Of a DNA stretch of 64,000 bases, positions 1-9,653 are shown one piece after another. The position numbers were made by a program, and so were the translations under genes. Source of the DNA: a virus (lineage: Duplodnaviria; Caudoviricetes); the IMG/VR virus record IMGVR_UViG_3300031132_000234, positions 4,200 through 68,199 of that record; one strand, 5' to 3'. Every line of letters begins with the position of its first letter. Position 1 is the stretch's first letter. The notes under the pieces are model-generated. The model searched no databases, was not told the DNA's origin, and saw only the letters and a program-made list of their open reading frames with translations.

Positions 1-389
1 TACGAGCCCGCGGGAGCCACGATGATGAAGGCGCTCGAGTCGGCGGAAGCGTCGACGGCGTCCGCTTCGGAGAAGAACGCCTGGGCGATCCCCAGCAGGG
101 TGTTCCCCCGGGTGCTCGCTCCAACCGAGAGGTCGTCCGTCTTGATCGGGCGGCCGTCCTTCATGGCGAACCCAGTCGCGAGCTGCATGATCGCGTAGCC
201 GGTGGCGCGCTGCACGCTGCCCGTGGCGGCCGCGAGGAACTGCTCGAGCTCGGCGTCGGAGAACCAGTCGAACGAGCGGCTGCCGTCGACCGGCGGCACG
301 AGCTCCGAGGCGTTGGTGTCGCCGACGAAGAGGCGGACCTGTCCGACCGCGGACGCGGGGTTGATGGGGAACGCGCCCGGGTTAGCCAT
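1..389 (-). CDS. Head-to-tail adaptor-like protein (runs off window edge)
   Basis: Manual translation MANPGAFPINPASAVGQVRLFVGDTN...FDWFSDAELEQFL matches the actinophage adaptor pattern (VRL.IGDT, FSD.EI). Directly downstream of the capsid gene. Confidence 0.75.
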   Translation of the reverse strand, partial: MANPGAFPINPASAVGQVRLFVGDTNASELVPPVDGSRSFDWFSDAELEQFLAAATGSVQRATGYAIMQLATGFAMKDGRPIKTDDLSVGASTRGNTLLGIAQAFFSEADAVDASADSSAFIIVAPAGS

Positions 390-541
390 GAGGTGATCCT
401 ACCAGCGAACGTACAGGTAACTCATAGAGTCAGCCCCCGCGAGGAGCTGGCGCTCGAACCCGCGGGGGCCGTTGTGGTTGGAGGAGGACCACGGAGTAAG
501 CATACAGCCAACTCCCAGGTAACTACTCGACGAACGAGAGC

Positions 542-566
542 GGCCCCCGGCAGATCGCCGGGGGCC
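542..566 (-). terminator. Hairpin after major capsid gene
   Basis: GGCCCCCGGC-agatc-GCCGGGGGCC perfect 10-bp inverted repeat; weak U-tract. Confidence 0.55.
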
Positions 567-584
567 GTGCTCTCGCGCTTGTGG

Positions 585-1694
585 CTACGCGGTGCCCTTC
601 GAGGAGACGACGTACTTGTCGTCCCACAGCGCGCCGCCGACGACGTAGCGGAGGCGGAACGCCTTCGTGTCCGTGTCGAAGGAGCTGTCGCCGCCGTCCT
701 GTCGGACGCGGAGCTCGGGGTTCTCGTACCCGCGGAGCTTGAGCAGCTCGAGCGACGGACGCTTGGTCGCGCCCGGCTTCGGCAGCATCTTCCACGCCGA
801 GCCCTCGACGCGCGGCGACTCGATCGTCTTCACGCTGGCGAGCGCGCCCTGGAAGTACGAGGCGCCCGACACCTTGAGGTTGCCGTCCTGGACTTCGACG
901 ATCTGCCGGTTGAGCTGGTAGTCGATGAAGTCCTTCGTGCCCACCGGCACGGCGACGTTGTAGCCCGACAGGCGACCGATCTTCACGCCGTTGACCTCGC
1001 GGTTCGACAGCTCGAGGATGGCCTCCCAGATCGCGTCCGGCGAGATGTGCGCGTCGGCCGGGACCGTCTCCTCGTTGGGCAGCTTGCCGCCCTTGAGGCC
1101 GGAGGTCGAAGCCTTCGCCGAGTCGACCGCGTCGAAGATCTCGGCGTAGTCGGCGTCGTGCGAGAGCTGGGCGATCTCGCCCGGCAGGTCGCCGAAGAAG
1201 CCCGCGGTGTCCTTGACCTGGGCCTCCCAGGTGAAGTCGAAGCGGAGGCCTCGCTTGGCGAGCTTCGCGTAGAACGACTCCTGCCCCTCGACCGTGACGG
1301 TCGGGTAGGGGGTGCCTTCCGGCACGCGGACCGGCGCGCCGTGCTTGTCGAGACCGGCACCCTTGAGCTTGCCGTACAGCGAGTACAGGACGGCCGGGTC
1401 GAAGTCCGCGACGGTGCGCGGGGTGCCAACCCAGTCCGAGATCGAGTACTGCGGCTCGTCGAGCTGCGGGATGACCTGGAGGTTGACCAGGTGTGCCACG
1501 GCCGGCGCGAGGTCGGACGAGGTGTACGCCTCGGCCGTGACGGCGCGACGGAGCTGCGCGTCGGCGACGTAGTCACCGCGGAGCGCCGCCTCCATCAGGG
1601 CCTTCGCCTGGCCGAGGGACTCCTTGGTCACGCCCTTGCCGAGCTTGAGCTTGCCGTCGAGGGTCATGGGGTTCTGGTAGGTGCGCTCGGCCAT
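585..1694 (-). CDS. Major capsid protein
   Basis: 369 aa, follows scaffold and decoration genes; TSSDL motif typical of actinophage/Mu-like capsids. Confidence 0.85.
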   Translation of the reverse strand: MAERTYQNPMTLDGKLKLGKGVTKESLGQAKALMEAALRGDYVADAQLRRAVTAEAYTSSDLAPAVAHLVNLQVIPQLDEPQYSISDWVGTPRTVADFDPAVLYSLYGKLKGAGLDKHGAPVRVPEGTPYPTVTVEGQESFYAKLAKRGLRFDFTWEAQVKDTAGFFGDLPGEIAQLSHDADYAEIFDAVDSAKASTSGLKGGKLPNEETVPADAHISPDAIWEAILELSNREVNGVKIGRLSGYNVAVPVGTKDFIDYQLNRQIVEVQDGNLKVSGASYFQGALASVKTIESPRVEGSAWKMLPKPGATKRPSLELLKLRGYENPELRVRQDGGDSSFDTDTKAFRLRYVVGGALWDDKYVVSSKGTA

Positions 1695-2110
1695 CAGGCG
1701 AACACTCCGATCTTGACGGGCAGGGTCGTGCCGTTGACGACGTAGTCCTGCGGGAGGTTGGCCTTGCCGAACGGCTTGGCGCCGTCGGCGGTGAGGGTGA
1801 GGTCGCCGTCGTTGAAGTAGACGAGCGTGTTCTGCGCGGTCGTGGCGCTGCCACCGGCGACCGGGAACTCCCAGGTGCCGTCGGTCGCGGCGGAGACCTG
1901 GCGGGCCTCCAGGCCGACACCACCGCGGTCGAAGCCGCTGATCGTGTACGGGCCGACCGTGGTCGATGCCGTGTAGTCACCGGAGCCGGTGAGCGCGACG
2001 CCGGGCTGGCCGGAGGCGCTCTGGAGCGCGGTGCCCGGAGCGGTCGTCGCGGCGACGGGCCAGATCTCGACCTGGCTCTCGGTGTACGGGAAGACGGAGT
2101 TCTTCGCCAT
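1694..2110 (-). CDS. Capsid decoration/cement protein (DUF2190-like)
   Basis: Small Gly/Ala/Thr-rich beta protein between scaffold and capsid; ATG at 2110 overlaps upstream stop. Confidence 0.65.
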   Translation of the reverse strand: MAKNSVFPYTESQVEIWPVAATTAPGTALQSASGQPGVALTGSGDYTASTTVGPYTISGFDRGGVGLEARQVSAATDGTWEFPVAGGSATTAQNTLVYFNDGDLTLTADGAKPFGKANLPQDYVVNGTTLPVKIGVFA

Positions 2111-3042
2111 CAGCGAACCCACCCTTCGATCTTGAAGTCCTCGACCGGGCCGGTCTTGGACTCGGTGATGAAGCCGCCGGCCGCGGGGGTGCCCGCCGAC
2201 TCGTGCAGCTGCTTGAAGTCGTTCGCGATGGCCTGGGCCTCCGCGAGCTTCTCGGTGATGTCCTCGCCGCGCTTCGCAGCACCCTTGAGGGTCTCGACCT
2301 GCTTCGAGGAGAGGCCTTCGGCGGCGTCGATCGCCGTCACCTTCTCGTCGTAAGCGGCGATGCCGGCCTCGACGCCGCGCTCCACGGCTTCGGCGTCAGC
2401 CGTGGCCTGGGCGCCGCGTTCGGCGGCTTCCTTCTGGGTGGTGACGAAGTCGACGACGGGCTTGAGGGACTCGGTGAGCGCGGTCAGCGCCTCCAGGACC
2501 TTCTCGTCCATGACGTGCTCCTTCTTCTCCTCTGCCACAGCGGCAGCAGGCTTCTTGTAGGCGGCGCGGGCCGACTCGAGCATCTGCTCGGTCAGGCCGG
2601 AGCCGGGTCGACCCGGGTAGTCCACGAGGTCGACGGAGTTCTTGACGTCCGGCAGGAGTGCCGTGACGTTGCCGTAGTCGTCCGAGTCGCCCATCGCGTA
2701 GATCGACAGGTGTGCGTGACCGGACTCGGCGAGGGCGTCGATGACGTCTCGCCAGTGAGGGAAGACGTTGATCTCGGCGACGAGGCCAACGCCCGGCTCG
2801 TAGGTCGGAGCGTCCTCGAGGTAGCCCCAGCGGTCGCGCGGATCGCGCTGCTCGCCGGACCACTCGGGGTGCTTGAACCAGTTGCTTGTGCCCTTGGGGA
2901 ACGCGATGGCGCCGAACTGCTCGAGCATCTGCTCCGAGTACGTGCCGCTGGACCCCTGGCCGGGCGTGATGAGGACGGCGCGCCAGCGTGAACCCTTGCG
3001 CTCGAGTCGTACGTTCGACTCGTGGAGGAGCTTGGCTGCCAT
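2110..3042 (-). CDS. Capsid maturation protease / scaffolding fusion
   Basis: N-terminal ITPGQGSSGTY...H...S...SVDLVDYPGRPG protease-like region, C-terminal acidic/Ala coiled coil; position after portal. Confidence 0.75.
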   Translation of the reverse strand: MAAKLLHESNVRLERKGSRWRAVLITPGQGSSGTYSEQMLEQFGAIAFPKGTSNWFKHPEWSGEQRDPRDRWGYLEDAPTYEPGVGLVAEINVFPHWRDVIDALAESGHAHLSIYAMGDSDDYGNVTALLPDVKNSVDLVDYPGRPGSGLTEQMLESARAAYKKPAAAVAEEKKEHVMDEKVLEALTALTESLKPVVDFVTTQKEAAERGAQATADAEAVERGVEAGIAAYDEKVTAIDAAEGLSSKQVETLKGAAKRGEDITEKLAEAQAIANDFKQLHESAGTPAAGGFITESKTGPVEDFKIEGWVR

Positions 3043-3076
3043 GTCACCGATCTTACAGCCAGTTCCCAGGTAACTC

Positions 3077-4672
3077 TCAGTCGCGCTTCACTCGCTCGAG
3101 CAGTTCGACGAACATCGCCCGGATCTCGTCGCTCTCGAGCGCCTGGGCGATCTGGTCTGAGCGGAGGTCGTTCGACTTCGGGCTGTTGCCCGCGCCGGTC
3201 GACTGCCCCTTGCCGGTGCCGGGCTGCTTCGTCTTCGTGTCGTCGCTGCCGTCCTGCGGGAGGTCCTGGCCGTCGTTGGTGACGGTGTTCACGAACTTCG
3301 AGTTGTTCGGCAGCATGATGCCGTCGGGGGCCTTGCCTGGCTCCAGCCCGAGGACGGCGTCTGTCTGGGCACGCATGTCGTCGCCGTCGTACAGGCCCGC
3401 GTTCCAGCCCGCGAGGAGCGCCTGCATCATGCGGAGGATGTTCGTCGGGTCGCTGAGGGGGCGGAAGGAGGCCGAGGCGTCCGGGGCGCCCATCCAACGC
3501 AGCACGCGCAGGTCGAACTCGATGTGCCAGTCTCGACGGTCCTCGGTCGCGAGCAGCGTGGGGAGGTCGAGCGTGGACGCGGAGCCGTAGCTGCCGCCCG
3601 CGGTGCCTGGGTCGGCCGAGAGGTGGATGACGGAGACGCCGATCGAGGTCGCGACGGCTGCGAGGATGGCGACGCCGGAGGAGAAGTCGTAGCCCTTGCC
3701 GGCGGACGACAGCGGGACGAGCTGGTCGGCGCCACCGGTGACAACCGTCGAGCCGGGGCGCTTGGGCTGCGCAAGCTGGAGCGCCGCAGCACCCTGGCCC
3801 TTGCCGGTCTTGATCGCGGCCTGGAAGGCGAACTGCGCGAGCGCGTCCGTCATGATCTTCCCGTTGGTCATGAACTCGGAGTAGACCCGGGCCCAGATCA
3901 GGGCGGAGATCGCGTCGGGGACGCCGAAGGACCAGCCGAGCTGCGTGTTGACGCGGCCGTCGAAGAGGGTCTTGTTGGTGTCGACCGACTCCTTCTCGCC
4001 GTCCCGAGTGATGCTGGTCAGGCGTGCGCCCTTCGCGTCGACGCCCTTGGCCCAGTAGGTGTCGGTGAAGTACCAGGCGACCTTCTTGTCGGCCTGCCCG
4101 CCGGGGACCCACTCGCGCCGGTAGGCCCAGATCTGCTCCGTGCTGTCCGGGTTCCGGTACTCGGCGGTGATCTGGCCGAAGGGGATGTACTCGAGCTCGA
4201 AGGAGGTGTTGTCGCCGAGGTAGTAGACGTTGCCGTCGGTGTAGTTCGCCTCCTCGCGCTCCTTGTGAGCGGACTGCGAGAAGAAGTGCTTCTGGTTGAT
4301 CGGGTTGTCGATGCGCTCCTGGACGTTCGGCTTGCTCGATCGCCCGTCGGTCTTGTCGGGCACCTCTGTGAAGCGGATGCCGCCGTCCTGGAAGATGTAG
4401 CTGTTGCGGAGTCGGATGCCGGTCTTGATCCAGGGATTGCCGACGACCGCCTCGCGGATCTGCCCGGACCACTTCGCGATCTGCTCGCGGGTCATGCCGC
4501 CGTCGGCGCCGGTGCCGCCCTCGGCCCATCCCGCGTCCTCGATCTTGAACATCGCCTGGACCCTCTTGAGGTCCTCGGCGAGCGTGACGTGATCCTCGAG
4601 CACGACGCGGACCGCCTCGTTGACCTGGGTCTGCGTGGGCGGCTTCGGGCGTGCACTCTGGTTGTTCGTCAC
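3077..4672 (-). CDS. Portal protein
   Basis: 531 aa directly downstream of large terminase; actinophage portal-like size and position. Confidence 0.8.
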   Translation of the reverse strand: MTNNQSARPKPPTQTQVNEAVRVVLEDHVTLAEDLKRVQAMFKIEDAGWAEGGTGADGGMTREQIAKWSGQIREAVVGNPWIKTGIRLRNSYIFQDGGIRFTEVPDKTDGRSSKPNVQERIDNPINQKHFFSQSAHKEREEANYTDGNVYYLGDNTSFELEYIPFGQITAEYRNPDSTEQIWAYRREWVPGGQADKKVAWYFTDTYWAKGVDAKGARLTSITRDGEKESVDTNKTLFDGRVNTQLGWSFGVPDAISALIWARVYSEFMTNGKIMTDALAQFAFQAAIKTGKGQGAAALQLAQPKRPGSTVVTGGADQLVPLSSAGKGYDFSSGVAILAAVATSIGVSVIHLSADPGTAGGSYGSASTLDLPTLLATEDRRDWHIEFDLRVLRWMGAPDASASFRPLSDPTNILRMMQALLAGWNAGLYDGDDMRAQTDAVLGLEPGKAPDGIMLPNNSKFVNTVTNDGQDLPQDGSDDTKTKQPGTGKGQSTGAGNSPKSNDLRSDQIAQALESDEIRAMFVELLERVKRD

Positions 4673-4716
4673 ACCCAGGATTCTATCAGCGGACTATCAG
4701 GAAGCAGTTGCGGCCA

Positions 4717-6405
4717 TCACATCGGCATTCCGGGTGCATCTCGAGCCATCTCGAGCATGGCCCAGGGGTCGACGGTGACCTGGTCGCCGGGCTTCATGCC
4801 CGCGAGGTCGTCGTCGACGATGCCGCTGATGTCGATGCCGGCGTACCAGAGCGCGTCGGCGGCGTCCGGCGACTTCTTGCCCCGCTTCTTCATCGACTCC
4901 TTCGACTCGATCTTCCGCGCGCCGGTCGTCGTCGAGAACTCGTAGACGATGCCGGGCAGCTCGTCGAAGAGGCGCTTGTCGCTTGGGTCGAGATCGAGCT
5001 CACCGCCGAACATGCGACGCTTGAGCTCGAAGTACTGCTCGGCGCGCATGTTGACGAAGGCGCGCTTGTCGGAGGACGGGTAGTTGCCGAACACCTCGTA
5101 GACGGAGTAGCCGCGGGGGGACAGGTAAGCGATCTCAGACAGGCCATCGATCACGCCCGAGCCGAGGCCGGAGGCGTCCACGTTCACCAGCTGCGCGTTG
5201 CTCGCGAGCGCGAGGGCGTCGATGCGCTGCGCCGAGCCGAGGTTGTCGGGGTCAGTGGAGGAGACTGGCGCCTTCGTCCAGCGATCCACAAGGCGGACGC
5301 GTAGGCCGCGGCGACCTGTCCGCTTAGTCGGCTGCCCGGTCTCCGGGTCGGTCTCCCAGACCTCTCCCTCGACTGCCTCGTAACCGATGGTCGAGTCCTC
5401 GCCCATGCGAGCGATGTCCCAGCCCTGGCGGACGATGGCATCCGGATCGGGCAGCACGAAGCAGTCCTTCGCCCGGGCGAGGTCGAGGTCGGTGAAGACG
5501 GTGTTGCCGGCCTCGAAGGCCCACTGGCCGAGGACGCGCGAGATGTAGCGAGGATCGTCTTCGCCCCAGTCGGACTTCTTCTCCTCGATGTACGCGCGCC
5601 CGGACATGCCCAGCGCCTCCTCGGCGTCCTCGAAGCCAGGCTCGAGGGTCACCGTGGGGGAGTCGAACACCGAGATGTTCATGGTCGTCCACAGCGACTT
5701 CTTCGCCTCGTCGGACCAGATCTTCGCCATGGCGGAGGCCGGGTTCGTCGGGTTGGCGATGAGCAACACGCGGTTCGCGGTACCCGTGGCGTTGTTGCCG
5801 AGTGCGTCGACGAGCTCTTCGGGCAGGCCGGCGGCCTCATCGCCGATGACGAGGAGGAAGGGCGCGTGCACACCCTGAAAGGCCGAGTCGAGCATGTTGT
5901 CCGGCGGCTTGCGACCGATCCCGATCTCGAAGCCCAGCTCCGTCTTCCAGGTGTTGCCGGAGGTGATGTAGCCCGGGAGGGCATGGTCGTTGGCGGCGTA
6001 CTCGCCGAGGTCCTGCCCGCTGGCGAGGCGTCGCTTGTACTCCTCATGACGGCTCTTGGCCGCGAGGTGCCACTTCCGCAGGTTGTCCCAGAGGATGCTC
6101 GTGACCTGCCCGAAGGTCGGGGCGGTCGACAGGATCTTCGTGTCCTGGACCGGGTGCACATCCGCCCACCATGCCATCGCGATCGAGGCAAGGAAGGACT
6201 TGCCGACCGAGTGGCCAGCGGCGACGGCGGTGTTGTGGTTGTCCCGGATCGAGTACAGGATCTCCTTCTGCTTCGACCAGAGCTTCACGCCGAGCATCTC
6301 CTCGGCCCACAGGACCGGGTCGTCGACGTACCGGCGCTTGCGGCGCTGGATGGCGAGGAAGGAGCGAGCTGCGGAGAAGGACTCGGGGGCGAGCTGTGCG
6401 CTCAC
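4717..6405 (-). CDS. terL: Terminase large subunit
   Basis: Walker A-like AGHSVGKS, Walker B LVIGDEAAG, nuclease acidic motifs WDIAR and PDAADA; GTG start at 6405 overlaps upstream stop. Confidence 0.92.
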   Translation of the reverse strand: MSAQLAPESFSAARSFLAIQRRKRRYVDDPVLWAEEMLGVKLWSKQKEILYSIRDNHNTAVAAGHSVGKSFLASIAMAWWADVHPVQDTKILSTAPTFGQVTSILWDNLRKWHLAAKSRHEEYKRRLASGQDLGEYAANDHALPGYITSGNTWKTELGFEIGIGRKPPDNMLDSAFQGVHAPFLLVIGDEAAGLPEELVDALGNNATGTANRVLLIANPTNPASAMAKIWSDEAKKSLWTTMNISVFDSPTVTLEPGFEDAEEALGMSGRAYIEEKKSDWGEDDPRYISRVLGQWAFEAGNTVFTDLDLARAKDCFVLPDPDAIVRQGWDIARMGEDSTIGYEAVEGEVWETDPETGQPTKRTGRRGLRVRLVDRWTKAPVSSTDPDNLGSAQRIDALALASNAQLVNVDASGLGSGVIDGLSEIAYLSPRGYSVYEVFGNYPSSDKRAFVNMRAEQYFELKRRMFGGELDLDPSDKRLFDELPGIVYEFSTTTGARKIESKESMKKRGKKSPDAADALWYAGIDISGIVDDDLAGMKPGDQVTVDPWAMLEMARDAPGMPM

Positions 6406-6908
6406 TCGATGGCCTTCTTCATGGCCTCGGACTGCGCGAACTGGAGTGCCGCGTCGGCAGCGTCGTCCCACTCGTCCGGGTCGACGGCGTACGTGAGGGC
6501 GCCGCGGAGGTGCGCGAGCGCGAGGTCGTAGATCCGACCCATCTCGCGGCCGACGTTCGAGTGGTACGTGGTCAGGTCGACCTCGGTGGCGGCGCGGCGC
6601 TTGTCGAGCCGGTTGCCGATCTCCTTGAGGAACTTGAGCTGGAGCTCGAGGTTCTCGTTGTCCTGGAACTTCGTCTCGAGCTTCGAGAGGATCCCCTGGA
6701 GCTTGAGCGTGATGAGGTTGTCCTGCTCGGCCTCGCTGAGCCAGTCTCGGTCGGCGAGGAGCTTCTTCACGTGCGCCGCAACCTGCACCGGCGTCATCAG
6801 GCCCTCGATCGAGCGGGACAGCTCGTCCGGGCTCATGCTGGCCGCGTTCTGTAGCAGGCGCTGGTCGATCGCGTTCGCGGGTGCTGTCGCGAGAGCTCGT
6901 CCTGCCAT
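6402..6908 (-). CDS. Probable terminase small subunit
   Basis: 168 aa helical protein immediately upstream of and overlapping terL. Confidence 0.55.
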   Translation of the reverse strand: MAGRALATAPANAIDQRLLQNAASMSPDELSRSIEGLMTPVQVAAHVKKLLADRDWLSEAEQDNLITLKLQGILSKLETKFQDNENLELQLKFLKEIGNRLDKRRAATEVDLTTYHSNVGREMGRIYDLALAHLRGALTYAVDPDEWDDAADAALQFAQSEAMKKAIE

Positions 6909-6941
6909 GCAGTCATCTTACAGGCAACACTCAGGTTTCAG

Positions 6942-7274
6942 TCAGGCTGCCCGCGTCCACACGCCGTCGGCCCCGACGGTCCAGAAGTCGGTCCCGTTGA
7001 GTAGGTCGGCACCTTGCCCGCGGAGGCGTGCCATCCAGCGGATCTCGGCGACGCGGAGGTTCGCGCGGTCCTCGAACTCCTCGAGCACTTCGGCCGTGAC
7101 GTCGTGCTCCCGCATCCAGAGGTGCATGCGATTCGCCGTCGGCTTCGCGGCATCCCGCCGGTGCTGCCGAAGCCGGCACGTGAGCCCCTGCGAGGTGAGG
7201 CCCACGTACCGGATGCCCTGCTCCTGGTGACAGGAGCAGGACAGGCCGTAGATGAGGTTGCTACGCGCCGGCAT
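6942..7274 (-). CDS. GIY-YIG family nuclease (minimal)
   Basis: LIYGL...IRYVGLT...RLRQH...E(IRW)...LLN motif order; ATG at 7274 overlaps the stop of the DGQHR gene. Confidence 0.75.
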   Translation of the reverse strand: MPARSNLIYGLSCSCHQEQGIRYVGLTSQGLTCRLRQHRRDAAKPTANRMHLWMREHDVTAEVLEEFEDRANLRVAEIRWMARLRGQGADLLNGTDFWTVGADGVWTRAA

Positions 7275-8640
7275 GCTGCTGTCGAGCGCGGGCAGTCTCC
7301 GGGCGCAGGACGGCGTCCGCTTCTTCTTCCGAGAGGTCGAGGTCGACGCCAGCCGGGGCCGGGCGCTCGGCCGGGGGAGCGTCGAGGAACTCCGGCTTGT
7401 CAATCGCCCAGCCGACGAGGGTGTCCTTGAGGTCACGGAGGTCCTGTCGGCGGGAGTGCGGCGCGCGGGCGTTGTCGTCGAAGATCCCCGTCGTGTGCTC
7501 GAGCCAGATGCTGCCCGGGTAGACCGGCGCGGTCATGTGCGGGGCGAGCTGCTTGAAGAACCGGCGCACCATGTCGTCCGAGAAGGCGTGCTGCTTCGGG
7601 TCTCGGAGGTCGTGGTAGACGCCCGCGAGCACGCGCTGCATCAGGATGGAGCCGATCAGCGAGGTGTTGCGGAGGTCGTCCGGCAGCACCTGGCCGAGCG
7701 TCACGGCCTTGAGCGGCGGGAAGGAGTCGAGCAGGACGTCGAGGAACGTGATCGCCTTGGCGGCCACGTCCGCTTCCTTCCACTCGTCATCCTGCCGGCG
7801 CGAGACGCGACCCTCGAGGCCGACGGTGACGCTCTTGATGACCTCGGCGACGTGCTTGGCGCCCATCAGGTACGCCGAGCCGCGGCCGATGCGGTCCGCC
7901 TCGATGTCGACGCGGTTCTGGAGCAGCGGGTGCGCGAGCACGGCCTCGAGGGAGCGGTTGACGACCTTGCGGTTGTCGAAGCGAGCCTTGACCGAGCCCG
8001 TGATGCCCTTGGCGTTGTCGGCGATGTCGAAGAACATCTGCTTGTACTTCGCCGGGTCCGGCTCGACGACGATGGTGAGGTCGACGCGCTCACGCTCGAA
8101 CCGGGCGCGCTGCGCCTCGAGGGCCTTGATCTCCTGCTCCGCCTCCTTCACGCCGACGCCGTCCGGGTCGACGCGACGGGACATCGCCAGTCGACTACGT
8201 GCCCGATCGAGGTCGTGAGCGATGCCGTCCTGCGCGAGGTAGAAGCCGAGGATCCGGTGCTGGCCGTCGAGGATGTGGATGTCGCCAGCCTCCTGTCGCT
8301 TGATGGACAGAACGCCGAACTCCGCGCCCTCGAGCTCCTCGAGAGGCTCGAAGTCGAAGGTGTGCGAGACGCGGAGGATCATGCCGGGCACGACCCACGA
8401 GTCGTGCTCGCGGAAGTACTTGGCGAAGCCCTGCGCGTGGGCAAGCGTGATGGCGCGGTTACCCGGCGTTGCCTGGCTCGGGTCCGGTCGGTTGATGGTC
8501 GAGATGACGTGGAGCGGCGAGAGGTTGAGCGCGTAGACGGTGCGGCCCCCCTGCTTGTAGCGGTTGGCGAAGTACCGGATCGTCGTGTCGTATCCGGTGA
8601 CGCGCGCGCCCCCGGCGCGCGTCCCTGTGCTAGCGGCCAT
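7261..8640 (-). CDS. DGQHR-domain (DndB-like, ParB/Srx fold) protein
   Basis: HILDGQHRILG signature, upstream NR/YF motifs, QMFFDIADNAKG; AAGGAGG RBS before ATG 8640. Confidence 0.85.
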   Translation of the reverse strand: MAASTGTRAGGARVTGYDTTIRYFANRYKQGGRTVYALNLSPLHVISTINRPDPSQATPGNRAITLAHAQGFAKYFREHDSWVVPGMILRVSHTFDFEPLEELEGAEFGVLSIKRQEAGDIHILDGQHRILGFYLAQDGIAHDLDRARSRLAMSRRVDPDGVGVKEAEQEIKALEAQRARFERERVDLTIVVEPDPAKYKQMFFDIADNAKGITGSVKARFDNRKVVNRSLEAVLAHPLLQNRVDIEADRIGRGSAYLMGAKHVAEVIKSVTVGLEGRVSRRQDDEWKEADVAAKAITFLDVLLDSFPPLKAVTLGQVLPDDLRNTSLIGSILMQRVLAGVYHDLRDPKQHAFSDDMVRRFFKQLAPHMTAPVYPGSIWLEHTTGIFDDNARAPHSRRQDLRDLKDTLVGWAIDKPEFLDAPPAERPAPAGVDLDLSEEEADAVLRPETARARQQHAGA

Positions 8641-8860
8641 GGGGCCACCTCCTTCTTCTCTTTCAGACGTGACACTACTGGGCGCAGGTCCGCTGCTTAG
8701 TCGACTATAGGGGCCCCAGTTCGGGGGACGCAAGCCTGATCGGGTCTCACTTGTCGGCCCCGGGTGTTAGCTTCGTCTCACTTCGGCGCGCCTCGTGGGA
8801 ACCAGCGGCAAGCGCGTCGAGGGCAATCACTGATCCTGCTACGGAGGGAGCGACGCGGGG

Positions 8861-9079
8861 ATGACCGTATCGCTGAACAGCATCTATCACGACGACCGAA
8901 CCCTGGAGGTCCAAGGCACTCACCCGCACCCGAAGTTGGCTGACTCAGTCTTCATCTCGGGTCCGATGGGTTTCTGCATGGAGCTGAACAGACGAGAGTT
9001 CATCGACGCCATCAAAGAAGAGTTCGGCCTCATTGAACTACCGTCAACGATCGAGGACTTTGTGGGATTTAGTCGATAG
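8861..9079 (+). CDS. Hypothetical protein, 72 aa, opposite strand to neighbours
   Basis: ORF bounded by a convergent hairpin terminator. Confidence 0.5.
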   Translation: MTVSLNSIYHDDRTLEVQGTHPHPKLADSVFISGPMGFCMELNRREFIDAIKEEFGLIELPSTIEDFVGFSR

Positions 9080-9086
9080 ATCGACG

Positions 9087-9131
9087 GCCGAAGGCGCGCC
9101 CCAGATTCATTTCTGGAGGCGCGCCTTCGGC
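9087..9131. terminator. Bidirectional hairpin between convergent genes
   Basis: GCCGAAGGCGCGCC...GGCGCGCCTTCGGC 14-bp inverted repeat. Confidence 0.75.
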
Positions 9132-9134
9132 GTT

Positions 9135-9404
9135 TCAGGAGGGCGTGAGCCGTTCGATCTCACGGTCGATGTACCAGCGGGCCTTCTCGAGGTCCTGGAT
9201 CTCCTTGTCCGGGTCCTTGAGCCCTGCCCGGGCGATGTACTTCACCGCGTTGCCGCGGCAGAAGTTCATTTGCTCGGTGAGTTGGATCACCTCGATGCCC
9301 GCGTAGGCCGTGTAGTGCGAGGGATGGTTCACGGCGTCATTCGAACGTGTGTTCGAATGCGGGGCCGACGTCGCCTCGCGCAGAGACCCAGGAGTCGCAG
9401 TCAC
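9135..9404 (-). CDS. DUF3310 (SaV-like) protein
   Basis: DAVNHPSHY...FCRGNAVKYIARAG.K...QDLEKARWYI signature. Confidence 0.9.
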   Translation of the reverse strand: MTATPGSLREATSAPHSNTRSNDAVNHPSHYTAYAGIEVIQLTEQMNFCRGNAVKYIARAGLKDPDKEIQDLEKARWYIDREIERLTPS

Positions 9405-9547
9405 TCGGCGTCACTGTCCGCCGGGGTGAGGGTGACGGCGCCGCCGTCGCCCTTCACGATGTGGAACAGCGTTCCGGTGGGCTGGTCGGTGTGCTTCCCG
9501 ATGGACACGCGGCCCTTCGAGTCGAGCTTCGTCGTTGCCTTCGCCAT
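9401..9547 (-). CDS. AbrB/SpoVT-like 48-aa DNA-binding protein (not in ORF track)
   Basis: Manual translation MAKATTKLDSKGRVSIGKHTDQPTGTLFHIVKGDGGAVTLTP; KLDSKGRVSI swapped-hairpin motif. Confidence 0.65.
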   Translation of the reverse strand: MAKATTKLDSKGRVSIGKHTDQPTGTLFHIVKGDGGAVTLTPADSDAE

Positions 9548-9653
9548 CAGGTGAGGGGGTCGTGCGGGTCGCGGTTGTCGAGGCAGATCGCGGCGACGAT
9601 GATGCCCATGACGAGCACCCAGACTGCGAGGGCCCCGAGGCCGCCGGGGTCGA

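Noticed and set aside
7261-8640. Phosphorothioation (dnd) cluster
   Set aside because: Only the DndB-like domain is present; no dndA/C/D/E
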